Positions 28,698 through 38,272 are shown, counted from the stretch's first letter. The stretch is 64,000 nucleotides of DNA from an uncultured Verrucomicrobiae bacterium (GCA_963762565.1 CAVXLD010000003.1:352001-416000); one strand, 5' to 3'. Numbers and translations are program-made. Notes: a model not told the origin generated them from the sequence alone.

Positions 28698-29472
28698 TTA
28701 CCATTTAGCTTGGGGATAGGCACGCTGCAGAAACTGCATCTCAGCTAACAAATAGCCCAGCGCCTCGGTGTGAATGCCGTACTTGCCGCCGGTGTGCATC
28801 CAATCCGATTCAGGGATTTGCAGGGTAGCCTCGGTGAGGACGGCTCTCACGCTAGACAGCCAATCCGTAGCCAATTTTGTTCAAGTCCAGGCCGATTCGC
28901 TCCCCCCACATGGCCTCATCGACCGAGTCAGGTTTATATAATTCACCCGTGTAACACCAAAGATCGTCTATCGCTTTTTGGATCCTGCGGTTGCTTTCGT
29001 CGGTTCCGTCTCCCAAGCGAATCACCCACCCGCTGCTGTGGCGTAGATGATAGGTGACTTCTTTTAGACTCTTTTCGCTGATCTCTCGAATCCGTTGATC
29101 GGTTGAGTCCAGCAAATCAGTTAGCGCTAAATGGTGCCAGGTATCAAAGTAGAACTGACGAGCCATGGTGTAGGCAAAATCCTGGTTGGGCTGTTCCAGC
29201 AAAAGACAGTTCCTGAAGTCGCCCGCATCTCGAAGGAAGGCAAGTATGTCTGGTGTCCGCTGGCGGCCTTCCAATTCAGCGGCGTATTCCAGCCAGTTCT
29301 GCGCCTGACCGTTGAGATCCAGCGCGATGTTAGTTAAAGCCATATCCTCTTCCAGCTCCGGCCCATGTCCGCACCATTCACCGAGGCGCTGGCTCAAGAT
29401 GAGACAGTTGTCGGCCAGCCGGAGGACGAACTCGAGGCGGGGGTTCTGAGCGCTGGGAGGTGGAGGCATCAT
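28698..29472 (-). pseudogene. paaC: Phenylacetyl-CoA epoxidase subunit PaaC, +1 frameshift in an A4 run (28875-28878); pseudogene or sequencing error
   Basis: LSQRLGEWCGHGPELEEDMAL, KEVTYH. Removing one A restores ...NKLATDWLSSVRAVLTEATLQIP...GGKYGIHTEALGYLLAEMQFLQRAYPQAKW*. Confidence 0.9.
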
Positions 29473-29478
29473 TGGAAG

Positions 29479-29600
29479 AATAGATCGCAAATCGCAAATC
29501 GCAAATAGCAAATTAGTGGACAGCGCCGGGTGCGGAGTTGTCGTCTCTTTTCTCATGCTCGGTGAGCCAATTTGCTATCTGCTATCTGCTATTTGCTATT
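29479..29600. repeat. Inverted pair of ATAGCAA/ATCGCAA heptamer runs (family J) around a ~60-bp unique loop
   Basis: atcgcaaatcgcaaatcgcaaatagcaaat ... atttgctatctgctatctgctatttgctatt, between paaB and paaC. Confidence 0.85.
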
Positions 29601-29609
29601 TCGTAAGCC

Positions 29610-29891
29610 TTAAAGATGCTTGACCTCCGGCGGCACGGTGTAAAACGTCGGATGGCGATAGATCTTGTTCTTGGCCGGGTCAAAAAAGGCGTCTTTATCG
29701 GCGGGATCGCTCGCGTACAGGTCTGCGGATCGGACCACCCAGATGCTGATTCCTTCGTTCCGCCGGGCGTAAACGTCGCGAGCATTTTCGATTGCCATCT
29801 TAGCGTCGGCTGCGTGCAGACTGCCCACGTGTTTATGAGAGAGTCCATTCTGGCTCCGAACGAAAATTTCCCACAGTGGCCAATCATTCAT
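29610..29891 (-). CDS. paaB: Phenylacetyl-CoA epoxidase subunit PaaB
   Basis: MNDWPLWEIFVRS..GLSHKHVGSLHAAD..MAIENARDVYARRNEG.SIWVV, YRHPTFY. Confidence 0.95.
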   Translation of the reverse strand: MNDWPLWEIFVRSQNGLSHKHVGSLHAADAKMAIENARDVYARRNEGISIWVVRSADLYASDPADKDAFFDPAKNKIYRHPTFYTVPPEVKHL

Positions 29892-30019
29892 AGGCAGGGA
29901 GGGCGCGCAGCCTGTCCGACATAGCCTGCGGCCCTGCGGTTGTCTTTTCTTTTGCTCGGCGAAGTCGGATCCCCGCGCGCCGCGGGATAGCCAATAGCCG
30001 AGGAGGAAGCAGGGGAATA

Positions 30020-30143
30020 ACAGATAGCAGATAGCAAATAGCAAATGGACAAGCCCAAGTGTGCTCGAAACACTGTCGACCATTGAAAATGGTAGTGAAC
30101 TTGTTGCGGAACCATTTGCTAATTTGCTATCTGCTATTTGCTA
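30020..30143. repeat. Inverted pair of family J heptamer runs; the right arm supplies the paaA stop codon
   Basis: cagatagcagatagcaaatagcaaat ... atttgctaatttgctatctgctatttgctat. Confidence 0.85.
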
Positions 30144-31104
30144 TGGCCGAGCGCTTGCGCGCATAGGCATTGGCTGCTTCCCGGACCCAGGCGCCATCGG
30201 CATGAGCTTGGCGGCGGGTTCGTAGACGTTGGACATTGCAGGGACCATTTCCCTTGATGACACTATAAAATTCTGCCCAGTCGATCTCCCCGAAATCGTA
30301 GTGTCCGGTCTCCTCGTTCCATTTTAAATCCGGATCAGGAACAGTCAGATCGAGGTACTCGGCCTGAGGCACGGTCTGGTCGATGAATCGTTGCCGAAGC
30401 TGATCGTTAGTCAGCAATTTGATTTTCCAACGGACCGACTCGGCGGTATGCGAGGATTGGGCGTCAGGCGGGCCAAACATCATGAGCGAAGGCCACCACC
30501 AACGGTTCAGCGCGTCTTGGGCCATACTTCGTTGAGCCCCGGTCCCTCGGGCCATGACCGTCATTATCTCGAAACCCTGGCGTTGATGAAAACTTTCTTC
30601 CTTACAGATCCGAATCATCGCCCTCGCGTAGGGGCCGTATGAACAGCGGCACAACGGGATCTGATTCATGATAGCCGCGCCGTCCACTAACCAACCAATG
30701 GCGCCGATATCTGCCCAGGTAAGGGTAGGATAGTTGAAGATGCTGGAATACTTCGCTTTCCCCACCAACAGGTCATTGACCAGTTGTTCCCGGGTGATGC
30801 CTAAAGTCTCGGCCGCACCGTAAAGATAAAGACCGTGACCGGCTTCGTCCTGGACTTTGGCTAACAAGATGGCCTTACGCTGCAAGCTAGGAGCACGCGT
30901 GATCCAGTTAGCCTCCGGCAACTGACCCACGATTTCGGAATGCGCGTGTTGCGAGATCTGCCGGATTAAAGTTTTGCGATAGCCTTCCGGCATCCAATCC
31001 CGAGCTTCGATAGTGTCGCCCGCATCGATGCGCGCCTGGAACGCGGCTAATTCAGGGGATGATTCGTCGCCGATTGCGTCGACTTTGACCATCTGTGCGT
31101 ACAT
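30127..31104 (-). CDS. paaA: Phenylacetyl-CoA epoxidase catalytic subunit PaaA
   Basis: [56 protein letters not shown]. Confidence 0.96.
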   Translation of the reverse strand: MYAQMVKVDAIGDESSPELAAFQARIDAGDTIEARDWMPEGYRKTLIRQISQHAHSEIVGQLPEANWITRAPSLQRKAILLAKVQDEAGHGLYLYGAAETLGITREQLVNDLLVGKAKYSSIFNYPTLTWADIGAIGWLVDGAAIMNQIPLCRCSYGPYARAMIRICKEESFHQRQGFEIMTVMARGTGAQRSMAQDALNRWWWPSLMMFGPPDAQSSHTAESVRWKIKLLTNDQLRQRFIDQTVPQAEYLDLTVPDPDLKWNEETGHYDFGEIDWAEFYSVIKGNGPCNVQRLRTRRQAHADGAWVREAANAYARKRSAIANSR

Positions 31105-31259
31105 AAGGGGGATCAATGGTAAGGCCCACCGCAACGAAACGAATCTTGCTTCAGAGACACAGAGTTCACAGAGAGAAGGGAGGGACGGTTCCTCTGCGTT
31201 CGCTGTACCTCGGCTTCAAAAATCGAAGCGTTGCGGCTCTGTCAGCGATTGTGACGTTA

Positions 31260-31298
31260 TGATACAAGAATTGATTAGTCAAAGAGAATAGTGTATCA
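31260..31298. promoter_or_regulatory. Putative PaaX operator TGATAC-N27-GTATCA
   Basis: TGATAC (31260-31265) and GTATCA (31293-31298) are 27 nt apart in the paaA/paaX divergent region. This matches the geometry of the E. coli PaaX site TGATTC-N27-GAATCA. Confidence 0.8.
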
Positions 31299-31315
31299 AA
31301 TAGATCGTTCTGACT

Positions 31316-32302
31316 GTGGCCCGTACCCCCGACCTGCAACGCCGAATTTCTACCATTGAGCTCTGGATTCGCCGGACTCTGGCGATGGATCCTCCCCGGG
31401 CAAAATCTCTGGTGGTTTCAATCTTCGGAGACGCGATCGCACCGCGGGGAGGGGCGATTCGGTTAAAGAACTTGATCGAATTGCTCGGTCCTTTTGACGT
31501 CAACGAACGCTCGGTCCGAACCAGTGTATTCCGCTTGGTCAAGGAGGATTGGTTGGAGACGACTCGGAATGGCCGAGAAAGTTCCTATCGCTTGACTCGT
31601 ACCGGCTTTCGAAGACTCGAACACGCCTATGAAAAGGTGTATCGACGCCCAGCGGCTGCCTGGGACGGAACCTGGACATTCATTCTGATTCCAAATGAAC
31701 ATCTGACCGTTCCGCGCCGGCTCAAGGTGAAGCAGGAATTGGAATGGGAGGGCGTCCGGCAACTGACCCCGCAGCTGTTCGCGCATCCCACGGTCCGCGT
31801 TGAAGCGTTGAGCGAGATATTCGATCGCTCAGAAGTAAGAGGAAAGGTCATCAGTTTTAGCGGCGCCACAACGGATCAATTGGGCATGTGCGTGATCCGC
31901 GAGCTAGTGAATGGAACCTGGAACCTGAGACAGGTTGCCGGGGCATACAAAAGATTCGAGCGCGACTTTGCCAAGTTGAAATCGGTCTTAGCTCGTGGCG
32001 CGCGGTTGTCCGGTTGGGAGTGGCTCGCGATCCGGGTGCTGCTCATCCACTCGTTCCGGCGAATCGTTTTACACGATCCGCTATTGCCGAATGAATTGTT
32101 GCCCAATCCCTGGATTGGAGATGACGCGTATCGGTTGGCCGGAGAAATTTATCGGATCTCGTTGCCGGAGTCGGAGAGGTATCTTTGCGAGGGGTTGGGA
32201 CCCGCGACCGAGGAAGCGGTACGTACGATGGGGCGGCGATTTAATACCGCGCCACCGGCCTGGAGGGGAGCCGCTTTACAAGCTGGCAGCTCTATCGGTT
32301 AG
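31316..32302 (+). CDS. paaX: Phenylacetate catabolism repressor PaaX
   Basis: SLVVSIFGDAIAPRGG, NERSVRTSVFRL, WDGTW, RVLLIHSFRRIVLHDPLLPNELLP..W.G. Confidence 0.95.
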   Translation: MARTPDLQRRISTIELWIRRTLAMDPPRAKSLVVSIFGDAIAPRGGAIRLKNLIELLGPFDVNERSVRTSVFRLVKEDWLETTRNGRESSYRLTRTGFRRLEHAYEKVYRRPAAAWDGTWTFILIPNEHLTVPRRLKVKQELEWEGVRQLTPQLFAHPTVRVEALSEIFDRSEVRGKVISFSGATTDQLGMCVIRELVNGTWNLRQVAGAYKRFERDFAKLKSVLARGARLSGWEWLAIRVLLIHSFRRIVLHDPLLPNELLPNPWIGDDAYRLAGEIYRISLPESERYLCEGLGPATEEAVRTMGRRFNTAPPAWRGAALQAGSSIG

Positions 32303-32498
32303 CAGCCACCGAAAGCCTTCGGGGTAGACAAGCGGCTCCCGGGAGTTACCCAACGCGATGTTTCGCCCATCGCGCCTGTTCTGTGCCGCGGCTACAGCGC
32401 CCATAGAACTGCCACACCTCGAGACGTTCCCGGGAGCCGCCTGCTACCCCGACTAACCCCATAGAGCTGCCAGGCTACAAAGCGGCTCCCCTCCAGGC
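32258..32498. repeat. Family C nested-palindrome element, copy 3, overlapping the paaX 3' end
   Basis: GCCTGGAGGGGAGCCGCTTT ... AAAGCGGCTCCCCTCCAGGC; encodes the PaaX tail AWRGAALQAGSSIG*. Confidence 0.9.
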
Positions 32499-32660
32499 GT
32501 TCGGTCCGCTCAATACTCGGCGTGTTTGCAACCCTTTATGGTCTGTAACTGCTGCGCTGTCCTTATCGCTCTACCAACGTAGGTTCGGCATTTGCAGGAC
32601 CGACCGAACGAAGCTATAGAATAGCTGCTACAGATTAGGGGACGCCCCCTTATATCGGTT

Positions 32661-33170
32661 TTGCGAGGTCATTTGAGTATTCGAAAGAAAAGATCCACTA
32701 AAGACGACGAGCTTGAGGCGCCAACGCAGGTCTGGACCACTCGATGCAACGCTGGCGCCGTCAGGAGAGCCGGCCGGCGCCTGCTGCACATGTACGACAC
32801 CATAATAGCGCCAACTGGTCTGAGACAGTGCCAATACGGAATTCTGTCGGCGTTGAACCGAAGAGGTGCGGCGTTGCCGAGTGTGCAAGAGCTGGCGGAG
32901 GAGCTGGTGCTGGATCGATCGACGTTAGGGCAGAATTTGCGGCCTCTGGAGCGGGACGATTTTGTCACCCTGTTAACGGATCCAAGAGATCGCCGAGTCC
33001 GGTTGATCGCGCTGACCAAACTGGGGATCGCCAAGTTTAAGGAGGCGGAGCCGTATTGGCAAACGGCCCAGGAACGGTTTGAGAAGGTTTTTGGCAAGGA
33101 CGAGGCAGCGACGCTGCGGTCGGTCTTGTTGGGGATTGCGTATAATCCGGAGTTGGGCAAGAAGCGATGA
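32661..33170 (+). CDS. MarR-family transcriptional regulator (start uncertain)
   Basis: C...VRRAGRRL..MYD....PTGL...QY, ELAEELVLDRSTLGQNLRPLERD, DRRVRLIALT..G. Confidence 0.9.
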   Translation: MRGHLSIRKKRSTKDDELEAPTQVWTTRCNAGAVRRAGRRLLHMYDTIIAPTGLRQCQYGILSALNRRGAALPSVQELAEELVLDRSTLGQNLRPLERDDFVTLLTDPRDRRVRLIALTKLGIAKFKEAEPYWQTAQERFEKVFGKDEAATLRSVLLGIAYNPELGKKR

Positions 33171-33580
33171 TCGGTAGGGCGAAAAACTCGGCGCGCCCCT
33201 GATTGCGTTTCGGTATTGGGTAATTCGCGCCGGTTTTGAGCCGCGCCGTGGGCCCGGCATCGGTCACAAATCATCTCGAACGCAATGCTTTGATTTTGCC
33301 GCGCCGTGGAGCGGGCGATCCCCACGGCACGGCTCAAATCCGGCGCGAAATTCATCCTTAGAGGTGGCAACGTCCTGGGCGCGCCGAGACCCGCCGCCGC
33401 TACGCTTTGGCGCGGCCCGGCCCTGCGTTGTGTCACGCCTTGAGATTGGCCGCGACGTAGGCCTTGCGAAGTCGGGTTTTTCGCCGTACCACTTGACAGA
33501 ACGGTCAAGTAAGGGGATATCCCTGTATTCTCCGATGCGTAATTCTCTTTGCTTAACGCTCGTGCCTACCTAGGTGCTCT

Positions 33581-36500
33581 ATGTGGATCGTTAAACTCGC
33601 TCTCACTCGGCCGTATACCTTTATCGTGTTCGCACTTCTGATCTTTGTGTTGAGCCCGTTGATCATCCTGCGGACGCCCACGGACATTTTCCCGAACATC
33701 GATATTCCGGTGATCTCGGTCGCGTGGACCTATACTGGCCTGAACCCGGAAGATATCGAGGGGCGGTTGACCACGCCTTACGAGAAAGTGCTCACTACGC
33801 TGGTTGATAATATCGAGCACATAGAATCCACGAGCTATAACGGTGCCTCCGTCATCAAAATCTTTCTGCAACCGCATGCGAGCTTGGATCGAGCGAACTC
33901 TCAGGTGGTCAGCGCTTCTCAATTTGCGCTGCGATTGCTGCCATCGAGTATTCAGCCGCCTGAGATTATTAATTTCAGCGCTTCTAGCGTACCGATTCTT
34001 CAACTTGGACTCTCCGGTCAGGGTCTCTCCGAACAACAATTGAATGACCTGGCACTGAATTTTGTCCGGACGCAAATGATCACGGTTCCGGGAGCGGTGA
34101 TTCCTCTTCCCTACGGCGGCAAGCAGCGTCAGGTGATGATCAATCTGGATCACAACCTGATGCAGGCGAGAAACATTTCGCCGACGGATGTTCTCAGCGC
34201 AGTGAATGCCCAAAGCCTGGTGCTCCCGTCTGGCACCGTGAAGCTGGGTCAGAGCGAATTGGATATCCGGGCCAACACGTATCCTCGGACCGTGGCCGAA
34301 CTGAACAATCTACCGATCAAGCAGGTGGGCGATACCACGGTTTATCTGCGAGACGTCGCTACGGCTAGCGACGGGTTTGCGCTACAGACGAACGTGGTTC
34401 GCCAGGATGGCCGACGTGGTGTGCTGATGAGTATCCTCAAAGCGGGAAACGCATCGACTCTCAGTGTGGTGAGCGGCGTAAAAACTCTACTCCCGCGCGT
34501 GGCTACCATTGTTCCGCCGGCGCTGAAAATGACGCCTTTGGCAGATCAAAGCATTTTCGTACAGAGTGCGGTGAACGGGGTTATCCGGGAGGCGGTGATT
34601 GCGGCAGCGTTAACCGGGCTCATGATCCTTTTATTCCTAGGGAGTTGGCGGAGCACCCTGATCATTGCTGTCTCTATACCGCTATCGATTTTGACCTCAA
34701 TAATGATCATCAGCCTTCTTGGCGAAACGATCAATATCATGACGCTGGGAGGCTTGGCCCTGGCGGTTGGGATACTAGTCGATGATGCTACGGTCACGAT
34801 CGAGAATATCGAGCGGGTACTAAGGCAGGGACGTTCCCTTCACGATGGCATTTTAGAAGGCGCAGCCCAGATTGCCGTACCGGCCTTAGTCTCTACCCTC
34901 TGTATCTGTATCGTTTTTCTTCCCATGTTTCTCTTGGACGGGGTCGCGCGTTATCTTTTCGTCCCCCTGGCAGAAGCCGTGGTGTTTGCCATGCTGGCCT
35001 CGTACGTCCTCTCGCGAACGTTAGTTCCTACGTTAGCGATGTATCTATTGAAGGCCAAACATCATGAGCCGAATCCGAAAAACATCTTTGCCCGTCTGCA
35101 ACACGGGTTCGAAAAAGGGTTCGAGTTAGTTCGAAACAGCTATAGCGGATTGCTCACCAGTTTGGTGGCTCATCGCAAGCTATTTATCCCGGCGTTTCTT
35201 GGGGCCTGTCTATGCGGGGTTTTCCTGGTGCCGTGGCTAGGCCAGGACTTTTTTCCTGACACCGATAGTGGTCAATTCATTCTGCATGTTCGCGCTAGGA
35301 CTGGGACCCGAATTGAAGAGACCGCGCGTTTGTTCGACTTGGTTGAGGACGTTATCCGGCAAAACATTCCAGCCAAAGAGATGGACAACATCCTGGATAA
35401 CATCGGTTTGCCCTATAGCCCGTACAATACCATGCACTCAACCTCGGGGGTGTTAGGCGCAAACGATGGCGACGTATTGGTATCGCTCCGCCAGAATCAT
35501 AGTCCGGTGGCTGATTATGTTCGGGACCTTCGGGTTCTGCTGCCGCAGCGGTTTCCCGGCGTCACCTTCTACTTTTTGCCGGCTGATATTGTGACGCAGA
35601 TTCTTGATTTTGGTCTTCCGTCTCCGATCGATGTCCAGGTTGAAGGCAATGATGTGGTGGCAAGCCAACAGATCGCTGAGAAGCTAATGGCCAAGATGCG
35701 GCAGGTTCCGGGCTTGGTTGATCTGAGGGTACAGCAGCCACTGGACTATCCGACGTTGGATGTCGCGGTTGACCGGGTAAAAGCGCTCCAAGCTGGCTAC
35801 ACAGAGCAGAATGTTGCTAACAGCGCATTGAACGCTCTGAGCGGGAGTTTTCAGATAACTCCGTTGTTCTTTATGAACTGGAAGAACGGAGTCAATTACA
35901 ACTTAGTGGCTCAGACCCCTCAATATCGATTCCAGTCAATAAACGACCTCCTCAATATTCCGCTCCCGGCGGCCAGCGGAAGTAACACCGAGATATTGGG
36001 AGACATCGCCTCCGTCAGCCGTGGCCACGAGATGGGATTAATCACCCACTACAACATCCGCCGGGTCATTGATATTTACGGGGCGGTCCAGGACCGAGAT
36101 TTGGGTGCAGTGAGCCGGGACGTGCAAAAGATCGTCGATAATAGCCGGTCACAACTTCCGCGCGGTACGTTCCTAACGATCCGCGGCCAAGTGCGAACCA
36201 TGGACAGCTCGTATACCGGCCTTTTGACAGGCTTGGGGTTAGCCGTGGTGCTGGTTTACATGTTGATCGTCATTAACTTTCAATCGTGGCTGGATCCATT
36301 CATTATCATTACCGCGTTACCGGCTGCCCTGACTGGTATCGTTGTTTTTCTGTTTTTGACGCATACCACGCTCAGCGTCCCGGCTCTAATGGGAGCGTTG
36401 ATGTGTATGGGAATCGCGACTGCCAACAGCATCTTAGTGGTTTCTTTTGCTAAAGAGCGTTTACGGGAACACGGAGATTCGGTACGCGCGGCTGTCGAAG

Positions 36501-36796
36501 CGGGAGCAACTCGGTTCCGTCCGGTGGTAATGACCGCCCTGGCGATGATCATCGGCATGATTCCGATGGCTCTTGGACTAGGGGACGGCGGTGAACAAAA
36601 CGCGCCGTTAGGCCGGGCTGTGATCGGGGGGTTACTGGCTGCGACGGTCGCTACCTTGGTCTTCGTTCCTTCGGTTTTCAGTATGCTGCATTATCGCGCC
36701 TCGAGGGTCGGCCTCGCAAGCGAGGCGCGCTCCACGTACGCCTCGAGGGTCGACGCCAGTGCAGCCGGGCAATCGGACCCGGTAACTAACAGCTAA
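33581..36796 (+). CDS. RND efflux transporter permease subunit (AcrB/AcrD/AcrF superfamily)
   Basis: MWIVKLALTRPYTF, GILVDDATVTIENI, RFRPVVMTALAMIIGMIPMALG.G.GGEQNAPLGRAVIGG. Confidence 0.95.
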   Translation: MWIVKLALTRPYTFIVFALLIFVLSPLIILRTPTDIFPNIDIPVISVAWTYTGLNPEDIEGRLTTPYEKVLTTLVDNIEHIESTSYNGASVIKIFLQPHASLDRANSQVVSASQFALRLLPSSIQPPEIINFSASSVPILQLGLSGQGLSEQQLNDLALNFVRTQMITVPGAVIPLPYGGKQRQVMINLDHNLMQARNISPTDVLSAVNAQSLVLPSGTVKLGQSELDIRANTYPRTVAELNNLPIKQVGDTTVYLRDVATASDGFALQTNVVRQDGRRGVLMSILKAGNASTLSVVSGVKTLLPRVATIVPPALKMTPLADQSIFVQSAVNGVIREAVIAAALTGLMILLFLGSWRSTLIIAVSIPLSILTSIMIISLLGETINIMTLGGLALAVGILVDDATVTIENIERVLRQGRSLHDGILEGAAQIAVPALVSTLCICIVFLPMFLLDGVARYLFVPLAEAVVFAMLASYVLSRTLVPTLAMYLLKAKHHEPNPKNIFARLQHGFEKGFELVRNSYSGLLTSLVAHRKLFIPAFLGACLCGVFLVPWLGQDFFPDTDSGQFILHVRARTGTRIEETARLFDLVEDVIRQNIPAKEMDNILDNIGLPYSPYNTMHSTSGVLGANDGDVLVSLRQNHSPVADYVRDLRVLLPQRFPGVTFYFLPADIVTQILDFGLPSPIDVQVEGNDVVASQQIAEKLMAKMRQVPGLVDLRVQQPLDYPTLDVAVDRVKALQAGYTEQNVANSALNALSGSFQITPLFFMNWKNGVNYNLVAQTPQYRFQSINDLLNIPLPAASGSNTEILGDIASVSRGHEMGLITHYNIRRVIDIYGAVQDRDLGAVSRDVQKIVDNSRSQLPRGTFLTIRGQVRTMDSSYTGLLTGLGLAVVLVYMLIVINFQSWLDPFIIITALPAALTGIVVFLFLTHTTLSVPALMGALMCMGIATANSILVVSFAKERLREHGDSVRAAVEAGATRFRPVVMTALAMIIGMIPMALGLGDGGEQNAPLGRAVIGGLLAATVATLVFVPSVFSMLHYRASRVGLASEARSTYASRVDASAAGQSDPVTNS

Positions 36797-36814
36797 AAAA
36801 GAGGAGTAGAGAAA

Positions 36815-38044
36815 ATGCCAATTGAATCGCACGAAACCATGGCTGGGTTGCCGTCGGAAGTCGCGACCCAGGTCGCCAAAGTTACCTCGCCCAAGCGATC
36901 GCAAACTCGGCGACCAATCATTATCGGAGGCGCTATCTTGATCGCAGGGTTCGCTTTTTGGATTTACTCCGGAATCAATTCTCGGCTCGATGCTGAGAAA
37001 AAACTGGAAAAGACCGTCAAACTCACGTCGACTGCGGTGGTTAATGTCGTGCATCCGACGAGTGGTTCCGATGCCCAGGCAATTGAATTACCCGGCAACA
37101 CGCAGGCTTTCACGGATGCCCCGATTTATGCCCGGACGAGCGGTTATCTAAAACAATGGTATTTCGATATCGGCGCTCGGGTTAAGCGAGGACAACTTCT
37201 GGCGGAGATCGAGACACCCGAGTTAGACGAGCAATTGGATCAAGCCGAGAACCAGGTAAAAACAGCAGAAGCGAATCTCCAATTAGCGCAGGTCACGGCG
37301 GACCGCTGGGTCTATTTAGAGAAGTCGAGTGTCGTCTCGAAACAGGAGCGAGATCAAGCAGTTAGCGATCTAAACGCCAAACGCGCAACCGCTGATTCGG
37401 CCAGAGCGAACGTAGCCCGGTTGCAAAAACTGCAAGAGTTTGAGCATGTGTACGCGCCATTCGATGGCGTGATTACGGCGCGGAACACGGACATTGGAGA
37501 CCTGATTCAGGGAGATAATACGGCTCCGAAGGAATTGTTCCATCTGGCTGCTGTGGGCAAACTCCGGGTTTATATTTCTGTGCCGGAAGTTTATGCGGCG
37601 GCGATCAAGTCCGGCGAGACGGTGACGCTAAGTCTGGATGCGTTTCCTGGAGAAAAGTTTACCGGTATACTAGTCCGAGATTCTAATTCGATCGATCAAG
37701 CCTCTCGGACCTTGCGAGTGGAGGTCGATGTCGATAATCCTACCGGGCGTTTGCTACCTGGAGCCTACGCATTTGTGTATTTGAAGCTCCCCTCGGCGGC
37801 AGGGGCCGTCACGGTTCCGACCAATACCTTGTTATTTCGAGCCGAGGGGTTACGCGTGGCAGTCGTGCGAGACGGGCAGGTGAAGTTAGTTCCGATCACG
37901 ATCGGTCACGACTATGGGAGTACAGTCGAAGTGTTGAATGGCTTGACGGCAGGGGACAGCGTAATTCTGGATCCGTCCGATTCGATCATAGATGGTTCGC
38001 CGGTGAAGATTGCTGAGCCGGTGAAAGTGGCGGCCTCTAAATGA
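36815..38044 (+). CDS. RND efflux periplasmic adaptor (membrane fusion protein)
   Basis: N-terminal transmembrane anchor, IYARTSGYL...DIGARVKRGQLLAEI, APFDGVITARN. Confidence 0.93.
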   Translation: MPIESHETMAGLPSEVATQVAKVTSPKRSQTRRPIIIGGAILIAGFAFWIYSGINSRLDAEKKLEKTVKLTSTAVVNVVHPTSGSDAQAIELPGNTQAFTDAPIYARTSGYLKQWYFDIGARVKRGQLLAEIETPELDEQLDQAENQVKTAEANLQLAQVTADRWVYLEKSSVVSKQERDQAVSDLNAKRATADSARANVARLQKLQEFEHVYAPFDGVITARNTDIGDLIQGDNTAPKELFHLAAVGKLRVYISVPEVYAAAIKSGETVTLSLDAFPGEKFTGILVRDSNSIDQASRTLRVEVDVDNPTGRLLPGAYAFVYLKLPSAAGAVTVPTNTLLFRAEGLRVAVVRDGQVKLVPITIGHDYGSTVEVLNGLTAGDSVILDPSDSIIDGSPVKIAEPVKVAASK

Positions 38045-38117
38045 GGAGGAGCAACAGCGTAGGTGCTTGAGGAATCCTAAAAGCACCCCAACCCCACATT
38101 CGCGGGGTGTAATTCGA

Positions 38118-38250
38118 GGAGGGCGCGTGTCCCCGCGCGCCGCGAGGACGTGGCGCATTCCCAAGGTGTGTTTTCCTCAGCGGTCACAACACGTCCTGGG
38201 CTTCGGTAACGACGGATCGCGAAGGCGCGATCCCTCCCGAGCGATGGCCC
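38118..38250 (+). repeat. Family B element
   Basis: ggagggcgcgtgtccccgcgcgccgcgaggacgtgg ... ggcgcgatccctcccgagcgatgg. Confidence 0.85.
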
Positions 38251-38272
38251 GGATTTCTGAGCCTGTTGATTC

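Noticed and set aside
29892..30083. Long N-terminal extension of PaaB (and of PaaC, 29473-29556)
   Set aside because: The LFAICYLL-type sequence is translated heptamer repeat; family homology starts at MNDWPLWE and MMPPPP.
33174..33470. Riboswitch or ncRNA upstream of the RND gene
   Set aside because: GC-rich inverted segments (CTCGGCGCGCCC / GGGCGCGCCGAG) look like another decayed palindromic element; no known riboswitch consensus was recognised.
32669..33508. 279-aa minus-strand ORF and other long antisense ORFs (5128-5799, 6142-6843, 49967-50803)
   Set aside because: They are shadows of well-supported genes on the opposite strand in GC-rich DNA.
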